Source: Salpingoeca rosetta (taxonomy: Eukaryota > Protista > Choanoflagellata). From it: a DNA stretch of 64,000 bases. The position numbers and the translations under genes are program-made. The DNA is taken from assembly GCA_033442325.1 (NCBI GenBank), contig JAWQFM010000019.1:261324-325323 (forward strand), read 5' to 3'. A model generated the notes under the pieces. It made no database searches. It worked only from the letters and a program-made list of their open reading frames with translations, and was not told the origin of the DNA. Below, in pieces: positions 13,944-26,220 of the stretch; position 1 is the first letter of the stretch; every line of letters starts with the position of its first letter.

Positions 13944-14702
13944 GCGGGACGTACCGGCCTTGATGAGGACGGGGAATCCAATGTCGCGGGCCTGGTCAAG
14001 GAGAAACGACGGGTCCTGGTTCTCGCCGTGGTATCCTGGCAGTGAGGGGGTGGAGAAGGTGGAGCAGTAGGGTGGTGATACGGCGGTTGGTGAATGATGA
14101 CGGTGAGGCGCGGGAACGGGGGGAGGACAAGACGTGCTTGCGAGTGGTAGAAGTAATTATACATGCAGCAGGATAGTGTATCACACATGCGTTCGTGTGC
14201 AAATACCTTTGACGATGGGCACGCCAGACGGCTCCATAATCTCCTTTGATTCGCTCTTGGAGCCCATGGACAGGATGGCAGACGCCGGCGGGCCAATGAA
14301 CGTGATGCCCTGGAGGAGGGGGTCGGCACGTGCGGGGGACACGCGCGGGCGTGTGTGTTGTACATGTGTAGGTGGTGGTGCTAGAGGTGAGTGACGGTGC
14401 TTGCACGTGTGCATGCTGGAACGTCACGTGTGTGTCGCACATGCAAGAGGGGGGGGGGGCAAATGTGTCAATGTCGGGCTCATACACACCTCCTGCTCGC
14501 ACAGGTTGGCAAAGTCGGAGTTCTCGGACAGGAAGCCGTAGCCAGGGTGGATACCCTACGAAAGGGAGGAAGGAAGGAAGGGTGGACAAGGAGCAAGGTG
14601 GGAGGGGATGAAAGGCGAGGGTTAGGCGGAGGGTTAGGCGATGAAGTTGAAGTGTGAGCTGAGATGGTGGCAATGAAGACGATGATGATGATGATGACGA
14701 TC

Positions 14703-14754
<52 letters not shown>

Positions 14755-14771
14755 CGATCATGATGATGATC

Positions 14772-14825
<54 letters not shown>

Positions 14826-15568
14826 TGTGTGTGCATGGCACAGCTGCACGTTGGCGAATGCAAGCAACGGACCTGGGCGCCCGACTTCTTGGCCACGTCG
14901 ATGATCTTCTGCTGTTGGAGGTAGCTCTGGGACGACGGGGCGGCGCCAATCCAGTACGCTTCGTCCGCCTGCGCATGTGCAACAGAAGGTTGGAGGAGGA
15001 GGTGGTGGTGGTGGTGAGTGTGACGTTTTGTGGTAGCGTTGATACGACGCAAGCGTGAAAGGAAGCAAGCAAGGGCGTTAAAGGAAGCGAGCAGGGGCGT
15101 GAAAGAGAGCAGGTTAAGGCACGCTGTCCACTGAACACGTACACACATGCACACACACACACGTACACATACACACACATGCACACACACACACACACAC
15201 TGCGCACCATTGCGNNNNNNNNNNNNNNNNNNNNNNNNNNNNNNNNNNNNNNNNNNNNNNNNNNNNNNNNNNNNNNNNNNNNNNNNNNNNNNNNNNNNNN
15301 NNNNNNNNNNNNNNNNNNNNNNNNNNNNNNNNNNNNNNNNNNNNNNNNNNNNNNNNNNNNNNNNNNNNNNNNNNNNNNNNNNNNNNNNNNNNNNNNNNNN
15401 NNNNNNNNNNNNNNNNNNNNNNNNNNNNNNNNNNNNNNNNNNNNNNNNNNNNNNNNNNNNNNNNNNNNNNNNNNNNNNNNNNNNNNNNNNNNNNNNNNNN
15501 NNNNNNNNNNNNNNNNNNNNNNNNNNNNNNNNNNNNNNNNNNNNNNNNNNNNNNNNNNNNNNNNNNNN

Positions 15569-15611
<43 letters not shown>

Positions 15612-15700
15612 GCGGTGCGAACGTACCTTGTCTGTGCAATGCTGAGGGCACGGGCAGGCCCACGCAGCACCCACGCTCCCAATCCACCGCTCACCACCAT
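9831..15700 (-). CDS. MCCC1: 3-methylcrotonyl-CoA carboxylase alpha (biotin-containing) subunit, mitochondrial; some exons lie in gaps
   Basis: Presequence [25 protein letters not shown]; [11 protein letters not shown]; [13 protein letters not shown]; [19 protein letters not shown]; [19 protein letters not shown]; [31 protein letters not shown]; biotinyl motif VMEAMKME at ~9831-9855. Confidence 0.92.
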
Positions 15701-15888
15701 CTTGGGTTGGTTGTTGTTGCACGCACACAAGCAAGAGAGGGGAGGTGTGTTGTGTTGCACGCACGAATGAATGCGTGCAGCGTGCGGTTTGGAGGAAAAA
15801 CACACAAACACACACAAGCGAAGGAAGGAAGAGGAAAGGAAAGGAAGGACCACAGAACAAGCACACGCGCAGACAGTGAACGGACATC
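15701..15888. promoter_or_regulatory. Putative bidirectional promoter (MCCC1 / ureidoglycolate-lyase-like)
   Basis: Divergent ATGs only 188 bp apart. Confidence 0.55.
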
Positions 15889-15998
15889 ATGCTGGCGATC
15901 CTGATGACGCGAGGAGCCGTGCGGCGGGCAGTCAGGGCATCCAGTGTGCTGAGGAGAGCGACAGCGTGCGCAAGCACCTCCGGAGGCTCGGGCTACGC

Positions 15999-16097
<99 letters not shown>

Positions 16098-18102
16098 TGT
16101 GGGTGTGTGGGGGTGTGTGTGGGTGTGTGTGGGTGGGTGTGTGGGTGGGTGTGTGGGTGTGTGTGTGGGTGATGCATGCATCGTACGTTGGCGTGCCCTC
16201 TCTGTTGGCAGCGTGCGTAGTTGCATGTGTCTCTCCTTCTGCTTCATTCTCTCCAACCGTGCCGTCCCAACTCACACGTCTGTCGTGGATGTGATGTCCT
16301 GCCACTTCAGACCATTCCAAGGCCCACTTGGCCCAGGCAGAGGAGATTGTACGTGTGCCTTTGGTGATGGGCACCCCAGAGGCCCTCAAGGGCTATGCCT
16401 ACACCTTCCCCGCAACCCGTGAGGCCTTCGATCAGGTGCGACATGTGTGCGTGTATGTGTATGTATGGTGTGTATGTATGGTTGTGTGTGTGTGTATGTA
16501 TGTATGTTGTGTGTGAATGTGGTTATGTGATGTGGGTGGGGACGGTGCGCGCGCAAGAGCATGCGTGTGTGTAGTGTGTGACCCCAAGTGTACGCTTACA
16601 GCCCACACGTGTGTGCGCCATGCTCCACAGGCTGAAGTCACGATTGAGCAGTGGCCAACCCTTCCAGGCAGGCGCCCTCTGTGCCCAGACAGCGGCAAGG
16701 CCGGCGGCGTGCGAGGTGTGCATGTGTGTGTGTGTATGCATGTGTGTATGTGTGTGTGTGCGAATGCAAGTCGTTTGTACAGTGGGCCAGCTTGTGCGAG
16801 CGAGCGCGAATGTTTGTACCGTGAGCCAGTTGATGCGCGAGTGACAGAGTATGTCCGCAACCATCGCTGTGCCTGCCGTGTTCTCGCCGTGACACCCAGT
16901 ATTTGTTTCCCCCCAAATGCAGAGGGCCTGTTCACGTTCCAGTGGATTGGCGATGAGCTGCGTGCCATCAACGAGGCTGTCGACGGCAACTACGTCACGG
17001 GACGCATCTTGGAGGTGCGTTGACGATTCCATTCCAGCCTCATGCACCCCCTTCCTAATGATCACTTGCACACACTCACTCACTCACTCACACACTCACT
17101 CGCTCACACACTCACTCACACACTCACTCCTTCTCACACACACACACACACACTCACTCCTTCACTCGCACACACACACTCACTCACTCACTCACGCACT
17201 CACTCACTCACTCACTCACTCACTCACTCACTCACTCACTCACTCACTCACTCACTCGCACACACTCACTCACTCACTCACTCACTCACTCACTCACTCA
17301 CTCGCACACACTCACTCACTCACTCACTCACTCACTCACTCACTCACTCACTCACGCACACACTCACGCACACACTCACGCACACACATGCACCCCCTCT
17401 CCTCTCCCCCCAATCGTTCGCTTCGAACCTCGCACACCAGGCCGAGTATGCTCCCCAGGCGGCGCGTGTTGGTGTGGTGACGCGCGAGGCAAACTACCAC
17501 CCCGACGGCGGCCAGATTGTGTGTCCACGTGATGGCTCGCCCTTTGTCGCGTTGCTTGCTCTCCCCAACGAAGCCATCGCCCCGCAGGACTTTGTTGCCT
17601 TTTACTGCGACGGCTCCTTTGGTGCGCTGCTGCTGCTGCCGCTGCTGTGTGTATGCCTGTATGTATGTATGTATGTACGTATGTATGTACGTAAGTATGT
17701 ATGGGATAGCATGTGAGCAGCTGAAGCTAATGTGCAAACACACACACACACCAACTTCTCAGGCATCCACATCAACACCAATGTGTGGCATCAGCCCGTG
17801 TACCCCATCAGCGACACCGCCGCGTTCTATGGCAAACAGGTAGTGTGGCGTGTGCTGAACGCCTTGCTTCCTGTGCTCCTACACACACACACCCTCACTC
17901 ACTCACTCATGCACACACACACACACGCACACACTCACTCACTCACTCATACACACATGCACACACACACATGCAGGGAGCGGTGCATGCGTGCGCTGCC
18001 TACGATTCCGTGGATGAGCACGGCAAGTGGCTGTACGTGCCACTGGACCCGGCACAGGCCGTGCCACTGCCAGGCCACCTGAAGGCCGCCGAGGCATTCT
18101 AA
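15889..18102 (+). CDS. Ureidoglycolate lyase/hydrolase-like cupin protein with predicted mitochondrial presequence
   Basis: Arg/Ala-rich N-terminus MLAILMTRGAVRRAVRASSVLRR. Spliced exons give VRVPLVMGTPEALKGY, IEQWP, EANYHPDGGQ, FVAFYCDGSFGIHINTNVWHQPVYP and GKQGAVHAC; TAA at 18100-18102. Confidence 0.72.
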
Positions 18103-18328
18103 GCAACACAACTGCAGACACACATGCGCACACACATGCGCGCAGTCTGTCGATGCATGCCAAGATTGGATGCGTTATGTGCGATGAAGAAGGTCCATCT
18201 GTTAGCTCCACCACCAAACCACGTTACCACCAAGCCGCTTGCTCGCTTGCTCAGCGGCTTGTTACATACACCTGCTGCATGATAACACGCGCTGTGCTTG
18301 GTAGTTTAATTAGGCGTGGGAGAACGAA

Positions 18329-18388
<60 letters not shown>

Positions 18389-18710
18389 GAAGCGCGTTTG
18401 TAACTTATGGGGACCACACGAGAAAAAGACAAGAGTGTGGAGGAATAACAAAAAGGCAAGGGGCAAGCAACTCGAAGTGGACAAGGGGGGGGGGGGGGGG
18501 CGAACGAAATCAACAGCAACAGCAGTGCACATTTCTGTATGTGTCTGCGTGATAAACAGATGGGGTATCACAGAGCAGCGTACAGACCAGTCAGCCATGT
18601 GTTGAGCACTTGCAGCGGCGGCGGCAGCGGTGGTCGCCACGGATGCACGTCGTGGGTGCGTCGCTGGTGCATCGCGTCGGCACCATGCATGGCGTGGTTT
18701 TCGTGTGTCC

Positions 18711-18748
<38 letters not shown>

Positions 18749-19085
18749 CTTACTTGTGTGTCTGTTTGTCACCTGTCGTTGTCGTGCGCATCCTTTGCGG
18801 CCCGTTGCCGCCGGCCTCGCGCGTCCTGTGGGGTCGTGCGCTTCTTGCCTTGGTGCCGACCAAGCATCTCCCGAAACACAGGCAGCTGCGACAGCAGCAG
18901 CGTGTATGTCAACACCCACCCCACCGCAATCACACCCAGCACCAAGCCCAGGCTAAAGATGAGCCGAACAGCGGTTGTCGCTGCCACAGACAACAGCTCC
19001 CACCACCACATCTTTGTTTTTGCCTGTCGGTCTGTCAGTCAGCAGTTGCTCGTCGAAATTTCATTCACAATTATTTTCTGGCATC

Positions 19086-20174
19086 ATGGACTCGCCAAAG
19101 CTCCACACCGTGCTAATGGCAGAGTCTGTGCCACCACGCCTGCGGGAACAGGTCCACGGAGAACCCGGTGGACCCATACGCGACATCGACATCGTTGACG
19201 CGCTTCAGCGGGACGAGTGTCGGCCCACGCAGGGGGACGCATTTGTGCACCTCCACGAGGCACCGCAAGACGAGGAGCAGTGGGCAACTGTCCTGCGCAC
19301 GCTGGGGCCGTGTACGGGCGTGCTTGAGTTTGTCGACATGTTCTTCGACACAGAGGACGGGCAGCTGCGTCGGAACAACCTGTGGTACTTCGACCGCGCG
19401 GGCGAACAGGTGCTGAAGCTGAATGCGTCGAGGAACCGTTTCGACTGCCTGTTCTTCGACGCCATCCGTGACTCCGTTGCCATCAGGCGCGAACTGGGCA
19501 AGGTGCTGGGCGACCGTGTGGACGACCTGCAGCGCATCGCGGCCATCAAGACGCGGCGGCTCATGTTTGGGCCCGACACGGTGATTGACGTGGCGACACT
19601 CCCGAGCAAGAAGAAGCATGTCCTGCTGCGCACGAAGTTTCGTCTCTCCCGCGACCGCGAAGAACCCCCTCATGCGGATGAAGGCACGACTCGCCCCCAA
19701 TCCATGCGATACGTCAACTCGCGCGTTGTGGAATACCTGCTGGACGCGGGGAAGATCGGGTGTGACCCGTCGTTTGCGCCGCCGAGCAAGCACTATGCGC
19801 GCATGCCGCGTGCGATCAAGAAGCTGTGGCGCGAACAGCTGGGGCGCATCGCGAGGGTGCCGACGGATGAACCCCGACTTGAGCCGGTGACCGAGGAGTG
19901 GCGCCAATCACGCGAGCGGTACACGGCCGACATCAAGCCTCGACTGGCGGCCCTTCGAGCGAAGCATGGAGACGTGTGGGCGGTGTTTTTCCCGGACACC
20001 AGGGATCCAGTGTGCTTTGATTCAGAGCAGGAGGCAGAGGAGCACGCCAGCCAGTGTGCACACGGAGTGCCAATTATCAAGTTCCTTGGCGATGAGCCGG
20101 TTGAGGACTCGCTGCTCCTCAACAAGGTGAAGTGCCTGTTTGACCCCAGAAGGCGGCTGTTTGTGGACGTTTAA
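19086..20174 (+). CDS. Intronless ORF with degenerate CYTH/thiamine-triphosphatase-like domain and C-terminal DUF5678-like domain
   Basis: 362 codons, no microsatellites or introns. LEFVDMFFDTEDGQLRRNNLW..R....VLK and IAAIKTRR...VIDVA resemble CYTH strands. LAALRAKHGDVWAVF..VCFDSEQEAEEHA..PIIKFLGDE resembles DUF5678. Confidence 0.6.
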   Translation: MDSPKLHTVLMAESVPPRLREQVHGEPGGPIRDIDIVDALQRDECRPTQGDAFVHLHEAPQDEEQWATVLRTLGPCTGVLEFVDMFFDTEDGQLRRNNLWYFDRAGEQVLKLNASRNRFDCLFFDAIRDSVAIRRELGKVLGDRVDDLQRIAAIKTRRLMFGPDTVIDVATLPSKKKHVLLRTKFRLSRDREEPPHADEGTTRPQSMRYVNSRVVEYLLDAGKIGCDPSFAPPSKHYARMPRAIKKLWREQLGRIARVPTDEPRLEPVTEEWRQSRERYTADIKPRLAALRAKHGDVWAVFFPDTRDPVCFDSEQEAEEHASQCAHGVPIIKFLGDEPVEDSLLLNKVKCLFDPRRRLFVDV

Positions 20175-20555
20175 AATTACTTGCGTCGGCGTGGTGATCT
20201 CGGCGACTTCACCCGAATGCGGGCACGCGTCGACACTGGCTGCACGCTCCCGCTGACCCTGCCAGAGAACGCGCTGAAGCACTTCCATTTGGTCACCAAG
20301 CTCAAGCCAACGGCCATCCAGACGTTCAACGGCATGGTTGAGGCGTCAAACCACTCAGTTGATTACGAAATCAAGCTCGGTGATCCTGCCAGGCCACAGG
20401 CCACCCGTCAACTCAAGGAAATCAGGTCGGCCAACGGTTACCCCTGCGTGTTTGGGATGCCCTTGATTTCACAGTACACCCTGTCTGTGGATCACGGTGA
20501 GGGCCGATTTACGTTGGAGAGCGAATCCGAGGATGATGATGCTGATGAGGAATGA
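20175..20555 (+). CDS. Retropepsin-like (clan AA) aspartic protease domain, in frame after the TAA of the upstream ORF
   Basis: RARVDTGCTLPLTLP (DTG at 20232-20240), flap-like IQTFNG, and C-terminal CVFGMPLISQYTLSVDHGEGRFTLE. Same frame as 19086-20174; first ATG at 20217. Confidence 0.7.
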   Translation, partial: NYLRRRGDLGDFTRMRARVDTGCTLPLTLPENALKHFHLVTKLKPTAIQTFNGMVEASNHSVDYEIKLGDPARPQATRQLKEIRSANGYPCVFGMPLISQYTLSVDHGEGRFTLESESEDDDADEE

Positions 20556-21698
20556 AATGGCATGTGATGGTGCGTGTTTTGTGAGCTGGAGGTAGGGGGG
20601 AGAACGCTCCCCCAACTCACGAGAGAGCTGACACGTTCTCCATTCCCAGCTGTGACATGGTATCTTACTGCCCCTATCCCCCCACCACACACACAAACTG
20701 TCTCTGTCTCTCTGTCTCTCTCATACACTCTCTTCATGTTGTACTTGATCTCCACGCCTTGTTCTCACTCTTTGTTGGATACGCTGCAACCCCTGGGCCT
20801 GTTTGTTGAGCTGTGCTTGGCTAACAACCATTAGTAGACAGATCTGCTATTGCAACGGCGGAGAAACAAGCAAACACACGCGCGCACACACACACACACA
20901 CTCTCTCTCTCTCCTTGTGTTCGTTTTGTGAAGAGGTGAGGAACTTCGTGGTGTGTAATATTACACACGCATACACAACACACATACACAACACACGCGC
21001 ACACCCCACAGCCACACAAAACCTTGAATCTCCTCTAGGCCTCTCGGCTGGACCCCTAGGACTTTGGTCGGTTAGTTCGCAAGAACGTGGGCTGCCATGG
21101 CCCGCTGAAGAGCGTCGCCACCATCCCGGCCATATAGATTGCCGTCAAATGAGACACTACCTTAGCTGAACACATCAGAATGGTGACGTGCTGCGGCCAA
21201 ACCATCTTGATGCAGCAGCGTGTCCCCTCTCCTCCTCTCCGTGCGGCTGGCGCTCTGGGTGGGTGTTTCTTCCTTCCAAACATCTACAGGCACGGGTATA
21301 TTTGCTGCCACGTCGAGCGGGAGGAGGTGCGTCAGCATGCCCCGCGTGTATTTGAAACGATCGTTGTCGGCCACGTCCTGTCGGAAAAAAAGCAGCTTTC
21401 GAGCGAGCGATCCAGCGATCCGCTGCATGTTGTGTGCGTGTAAGGTAATCTTTCGCAATCTCCAACACCCACAGAAAGGAGAAAGGAATCAGAGGGGAAC
21501 GAACGGTGAAAGTGCAAGCTTCAATGAACAGAGGAACGGGCAGGAAGCACCAATCGATGGAAACGTCAGAACGTCTGTCTGCGTGTCAGCTCCGCGCTTC
21601 AGCGAGAAGGACCGAAAGAGACTGTTGTTGGTTTTGCTATCAGCAGCGCCAAACCTGCGGATTATTGCCAATGTGCCAGCGAATCCTCCCAACTTGCC

Positions 21699-22460
21699 AT
21701 GAAGAAGATGACAACAACAGTGGTGAAGGAGGACGCGAGCGTCGTGCTGTGCGACATTGAAGGTGTGCGAGTGCTTTGGGTGGTTTCTTGTGCTCTTGTG
21801 GCTGTGTGGTCGTGTGGCGGGAGTAGCTGGTGCGTTGGCACGTCGAGCACTGAATGTTGAGCCTTGCCAACTTGATGCTGTGTGCCCTTGCTTTTGTTAG
21901 GCACAACGACGTCCATCAAGTTTGTGAAGGACGTCCTGTTTCCCTACGTGCGCGAGAACCTAGAATCGTACCTCGAGCGAACGTGGGAGACGGCGCAAAC
22001 AAAGGGCGATGTCCAGGCCCTTCGAGACCAGGTGGGGGTACTTGAGAGGTGAACCAACTACTGAGGCACACGTGTGTGTTGTGTGTGTTGTGTGTGTTGT
22101 GTGTGTTGTGTGTGTGCATGGTGTGTGTTGTGCGTGCATTGTGTGTGTATTGTGTGTGTTGTGTGCCTCTGTGTGTTTGGTGTGATGATTTCTCCTCTGT
22201 GATCTGTATCCTGTTTTGTTCACGCCCATGTACATGCCCGTGCGTACAGTGGACGGCGGACAAGGCAGCTGGGGTGGAGGGCGCCGTTCCTATTCCAGAT
22301 GGACACACAAGGGAGGTTCGGGACGCCTGTGTAAAGTCTGTGCGGTGGCAGATGGACAATGACAGGAAAGCCACGGCATTGAAGCAGCTGCAAGGCCACA
22401 TTTGGAAGGACGCGTATGAAAGCGGCGCCGTCAAGGGCCAGTGAGTCGAGTGGACGTGTT

Positions 22461-22500
<40 letters not shown>

Positions 22501-23267
22501 TGCCTCTGTGCGGTGTGTTTAAATGCGCGTCTGTGCACAAGTGTGTGTGTGTGTGTTGTGCACATTGCTTGTTCGCTTCAAATCACCTCGTCCCATGCAC
22601 TCACTTTTGCCTGCACCCATGCTCACCCACACACATCAGCGTGTATGATGATGTGCGCCCTGCCATGGAGCGGTGGGTGGCAGATGGCATTCAGGTTCAG
22701 GTTTACTCGAGTGGCAGCGTTGCCGCTCAGAAGCTCCTCTTCAAGCACAGTGAAAACGGCGACATGACAAAGGTGCGCGCATGTGTGTGTGTGTGTGTGT
22801 GTGCGTGCGTAACTGTACCTGGTGGTTGTTTCGAGCCCTCTTCTCGCTTACGTATATGTTGCCTGGCAGTTGTTTCGAGCCCTCTTCTCGCTTACGTATA
22901 TGTTGCCTGGCAGTTGTTTCGAGCCCTCTTCTCGCTTACGTATATGTTGCCTGGTGGTTGTTTCGAGCCCTGTTGGCCCTTTGTCTTCCCGCCTTCTTCA
23001 CGTCGCAACTGCTTGTCTCCTGTGCGTTTTCTGATGGCAGCTGCTGAGCGGCCACTATGACACACGGATTGGCGGGAAAATGGAGGCCGCGAGCTATCGT
23101 CGCATCGCGGAGGAAGCAATGACGAAACCAAACTCAATCCTCTTCCTCTCGGACCGCATTGAAGGTGTGGGCAGAGCAAGGGGCAGCCAATCGCTTGAAT
23201 GCATTGCTTTGTGTTAGCCCCCCTTTCTCTGCGTGTGTGTGTGTGTCGTGTGTGTGTGTGCGCGCGC
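21699..23267 (+). CDS. ENOPH1: Enolase-phosphatase E1 (HAD family, methionine salvage); last exon expected in gap 23268-23909
   Basis: [75 protein letters not shown]. The terminal exon is visible only in the duplicate copy (29690-29919). Confidence 0.93.
22821..22971. repeat. Intronic 44-bp minisatellite, ~3.4 copies (2.4 copies at 29069-29175)
   Basis: Unit ggcagttgtttcgagccctcttctcgcttacgtatatgttgcct starts at 22821, 22865, 22909 and 22953. Confidence 0.9.
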
Positions 23268-24030
23268 NNNNNNNNNNNNNNNNNNNNNNNNNNNNNNNNN
23301 NNNNNNNNNNNNNNNNNNNNNNNNNNNNNNNNNNNNNNNNNNNNNNNNNNNNNNNNNNNNNNNNNNNNNNNNNNNNNNNNNNNNNNNNNNNNNNNNNNNN
23401 NNNNNNNNNNNNNNNNNNNNNNNNNNNNNNNNNNNNNNNNNNNNNNNNNNNNNNNNNNNNNNNNNNNNNNNNNNNNNNNNNNNNNNNNNNNNNNNNNNNN
23501 NNNNNNNNNNNNNNNNNNNNNNNNNNNNNNNNNNNNNNNNNNNNNNNNNNNNNNNNNNNNNNNNNNNNNNNNNNNNNNNNNNNNNNNNNNNNNNNNNNNN
23601 NNNNNNNNNNNNNNNNNNNNNNNNNNNNNNNNNNNNNNNNNNNNNNNNNNNNNNNNNNNNNNNNNNNNNNNNNNNNNNNNNNNNNNNNNNNNNNNNNNNN
23701 NNNNNNNNNNNNNNNNNNNNNNNNNNNNNNNNNNNNNNNNNNNNNNNNNNNNNNNNNNNNNNNNNNNNNNNNNNNNNNNNNNNNNNNNNNNNNNNNNNNN
23801 NNNNNNNNNNNNNNNNNNNNNNNNNNNNNNNNNNNNNNNNNNNNNNNNNNNNNNNNNNNNNNNNNNNNNNNNNNNNNNNNNNNNNNNNNNNNNNNNNNNN
23901 NNNNNNNNNCATACAGACGTGCGTGTTGTATGTTGTACGTGCATGTGTTGTGCATGGATGGCGAATCAATTCATTCGTGTGTTCGTACGTGCGTGTGTTC
24001 GTACGTGCGTGAGTGTGTGAGTGCGTGTTG

Positions 24031-24792
24031 TTATTGGGGCGATTTGCTTAGCCGTATCTGTCCCTGCAGCTTGTCGACGAGGTTGGATGCAAACTCCCTC
24101 AGCTTCTCGCGCGTCTGGCGACCGCCGCCACCACCACCGGACGACGACGACGACGACTGCTGGCCGCGGCCAAAGTACATGTCCGAGGAGATGGACGCCT
24201 GCCCGCTGAACTGCGACAGCCGTGCCTGCTCCTCGGGAGTTGGCTGACGGAGGAGGCGGACGAACGGAGCGCGTATATATGTGCGTGTGTGGGCGTGAGC
24301 ATGTGCGTGCGTGAGTGCACATGTGCGTGTGTGTGTGTAAGCGTGAGGGCACATGAGAGAGTGGGAGCGCGTTAGTGTGTGAGTGTGTGAGTGTGAGTGT
24401 GTGAAACTGTATTTTCACGAATAGTATTGTTGGCACCTCCTGTGTGTCACCATGACCTCCACGCTGTCGCCACCTCCACGCTGTCGCCACCACCACCACC
24501 ACCACCACTGTACCTGGTCGCTGCGGAAGTACTGATCGGAGGAGATGGACTTGGCGTTGGCAAACCGGCCTGGGACGCGATACGTGCGGGGATGCGGGGC
24601 AGGGGCGATGAGGAGGCGGCAGCGGTGCAGATGGGAAGAAACACGAACACATGTCACACAGTCAAGGTTGCGTTATGGTGGCGCATCACGAGCGAAACGT
24701 TGAGGCAGGAGCGCAGATACAGGAGGGGAAGCGGAGGCAGAAAAACCACACACACACATGAACACACACACACACACATGAACACACACATG

Positions 24793-24884
<92 letters not shown>

Positions 24885-25040
24885 CACGTACCCATATCAG
24901 CTGGTGGTGGTGCGGACGTGGGCGGGGCCGAGCGCTTTGGCTTTGACGAAGACGATGACGACGAGTTTCCAAACGCGCTGACGGCGGACGGAATGTTGGA
25001 CCGGCTGTCCTCAAACGACGCAAAGAAGTCATCCGTCGTG
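24031..25040 (-). pseudogene. Duplicated 3' fragment of ArfGAP2/3 with a 1-nt frameshift
   Basis: Same three exons as 30561-31546. An extra C at 24062-24064 turns LQDRYG* into LQGQIRLSKSPQ*. No 5' exons are visible in sequenced DNA. Confidence 0.7.
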
Positions 25041-25065
25041 TCTGATAAACGCAGCAGGTGCGTGC

Positions 25066-25137
<72 letters not shown>

Positions 25138-25921
25138 CTGGTCTTCTGTATATATATATACGTGTGAGAGTGCATGGCGTGTAGCACGATAAATCAGAAG
25201 AACACCTCTTTCACAAATCAGGGGGCAGAAAAAATGGGGCATCTGTTTTCTGTGCCACGCTCGATAGTTTCACCCACCCCCTTCCCCTACGCACAAAATA
25301 TTAAACACCCAAACCTACACGCACTTGTGAGGCGGGGTGTGTGGTGGGCCAATCTTTTTATTCCTTTTTTATATTCTCTTGTTTGCTAGTTTGCTAGCAA
25401 AAACATATATATATTGTGGGGGCTTTTTTGAATAACTCAGAAAGAAAAAAAGTTATAGGGGGCGGAAGGGTGGGCGNNNNNNNNNNNNNNNNNNNNNNNN
25501 NNNNNNNNNNNNNNNNNNNNNNNNNNNNNNNNNNNNNNNNNNNNNNNNNNNNNNNNNNNNNNNNNNNNNNNNNNNNNNNNNNNNNNNNNNNNNNNNNNNN
25601 NNNNNNNNNNNNNNNNNNNNNNNNNNNNNNNNNNNNNNNNNNNNNNNNNNNNNNNNNNNNNNNNNNNNNNNNNNNNNNNNNNNNNNNNNNNNNNNNNNNN
25701 NNNNNNNNNNNNNNNNNNNNNNNNNNNNNNNNNNNNNNNNNNNNNNNNNNNNNNNNNNNNNNNNNNNNNNNNNNNNNNNNNNNNNNNNNNNNNNNNNNNN
25801 NNNNNNNNNNNNNNNNNNNNNNNNNNNNNNNNNNNNNNNNNNNNNNNNNNNNNNNNNNNNNNNNNNNNNNNNNNNNNNNNNNNNNNNNNNNNNNNNNNNN
25901 NNNNNNNNNNNNNNNNNNNNN

Positions 25922-26010
<89 letters not shown>

Positions 26011-26153
26011 CGGTCGCGGACACACTCTCCAGAGTCCACGCACAAACTGGCATACTGTACAAACAACTCACCTTCACACACACGCACACAGACACACAAC
26101 CAGCCAAACAGCCAGCCAGCATACACACACAACCAGCCAAACAGCCAGCCAGC

Positions 26154-26220
<67 letters not shown>

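Larger units (their letters stand above)
22302..25290. repeat. Segmental direct duplication, copy 1 (3' half of ENOPH1 plus 3' exons of ArfGAP)
   Basis: 22302 onward matches 28491 onward (gacacacaagggaggttcgg). 24066-25034 is essentially identical to 30578-31546. Right edge is uncertain because of degraded sequence and the gap. Confidence 0.92.

Noticed and set aside
20170-20176. TTTAAAA as a -1 frameshift slippery site
   Set aside because: The heptamer is not in X XXY YYZ phase, and the protease is in the same frame, so no shift is needed.
18975-20555. LTR retrotransposon gag-pro remnant
   Set aside because: No zinc knuckle, RT, integrase, LTRs or primer-binding site seen; the upstream ORF looks CYTH/DUF5678-like.
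22821-22971. 44-bp repeats (and the 27-bp repeats at 45629) as a CRISPR array
   Set aside because: Head-to-tail units with no spacers, intronic, eukaryotic context, no cas genes.
25130-25476. AT-rich, apparently diverged end of duplication copy 1
   Set aside because: Identity to 31710-31860 decays progressively after a (GT)n tract up to a gap, typical of a low-quality read end rather than real divergence.
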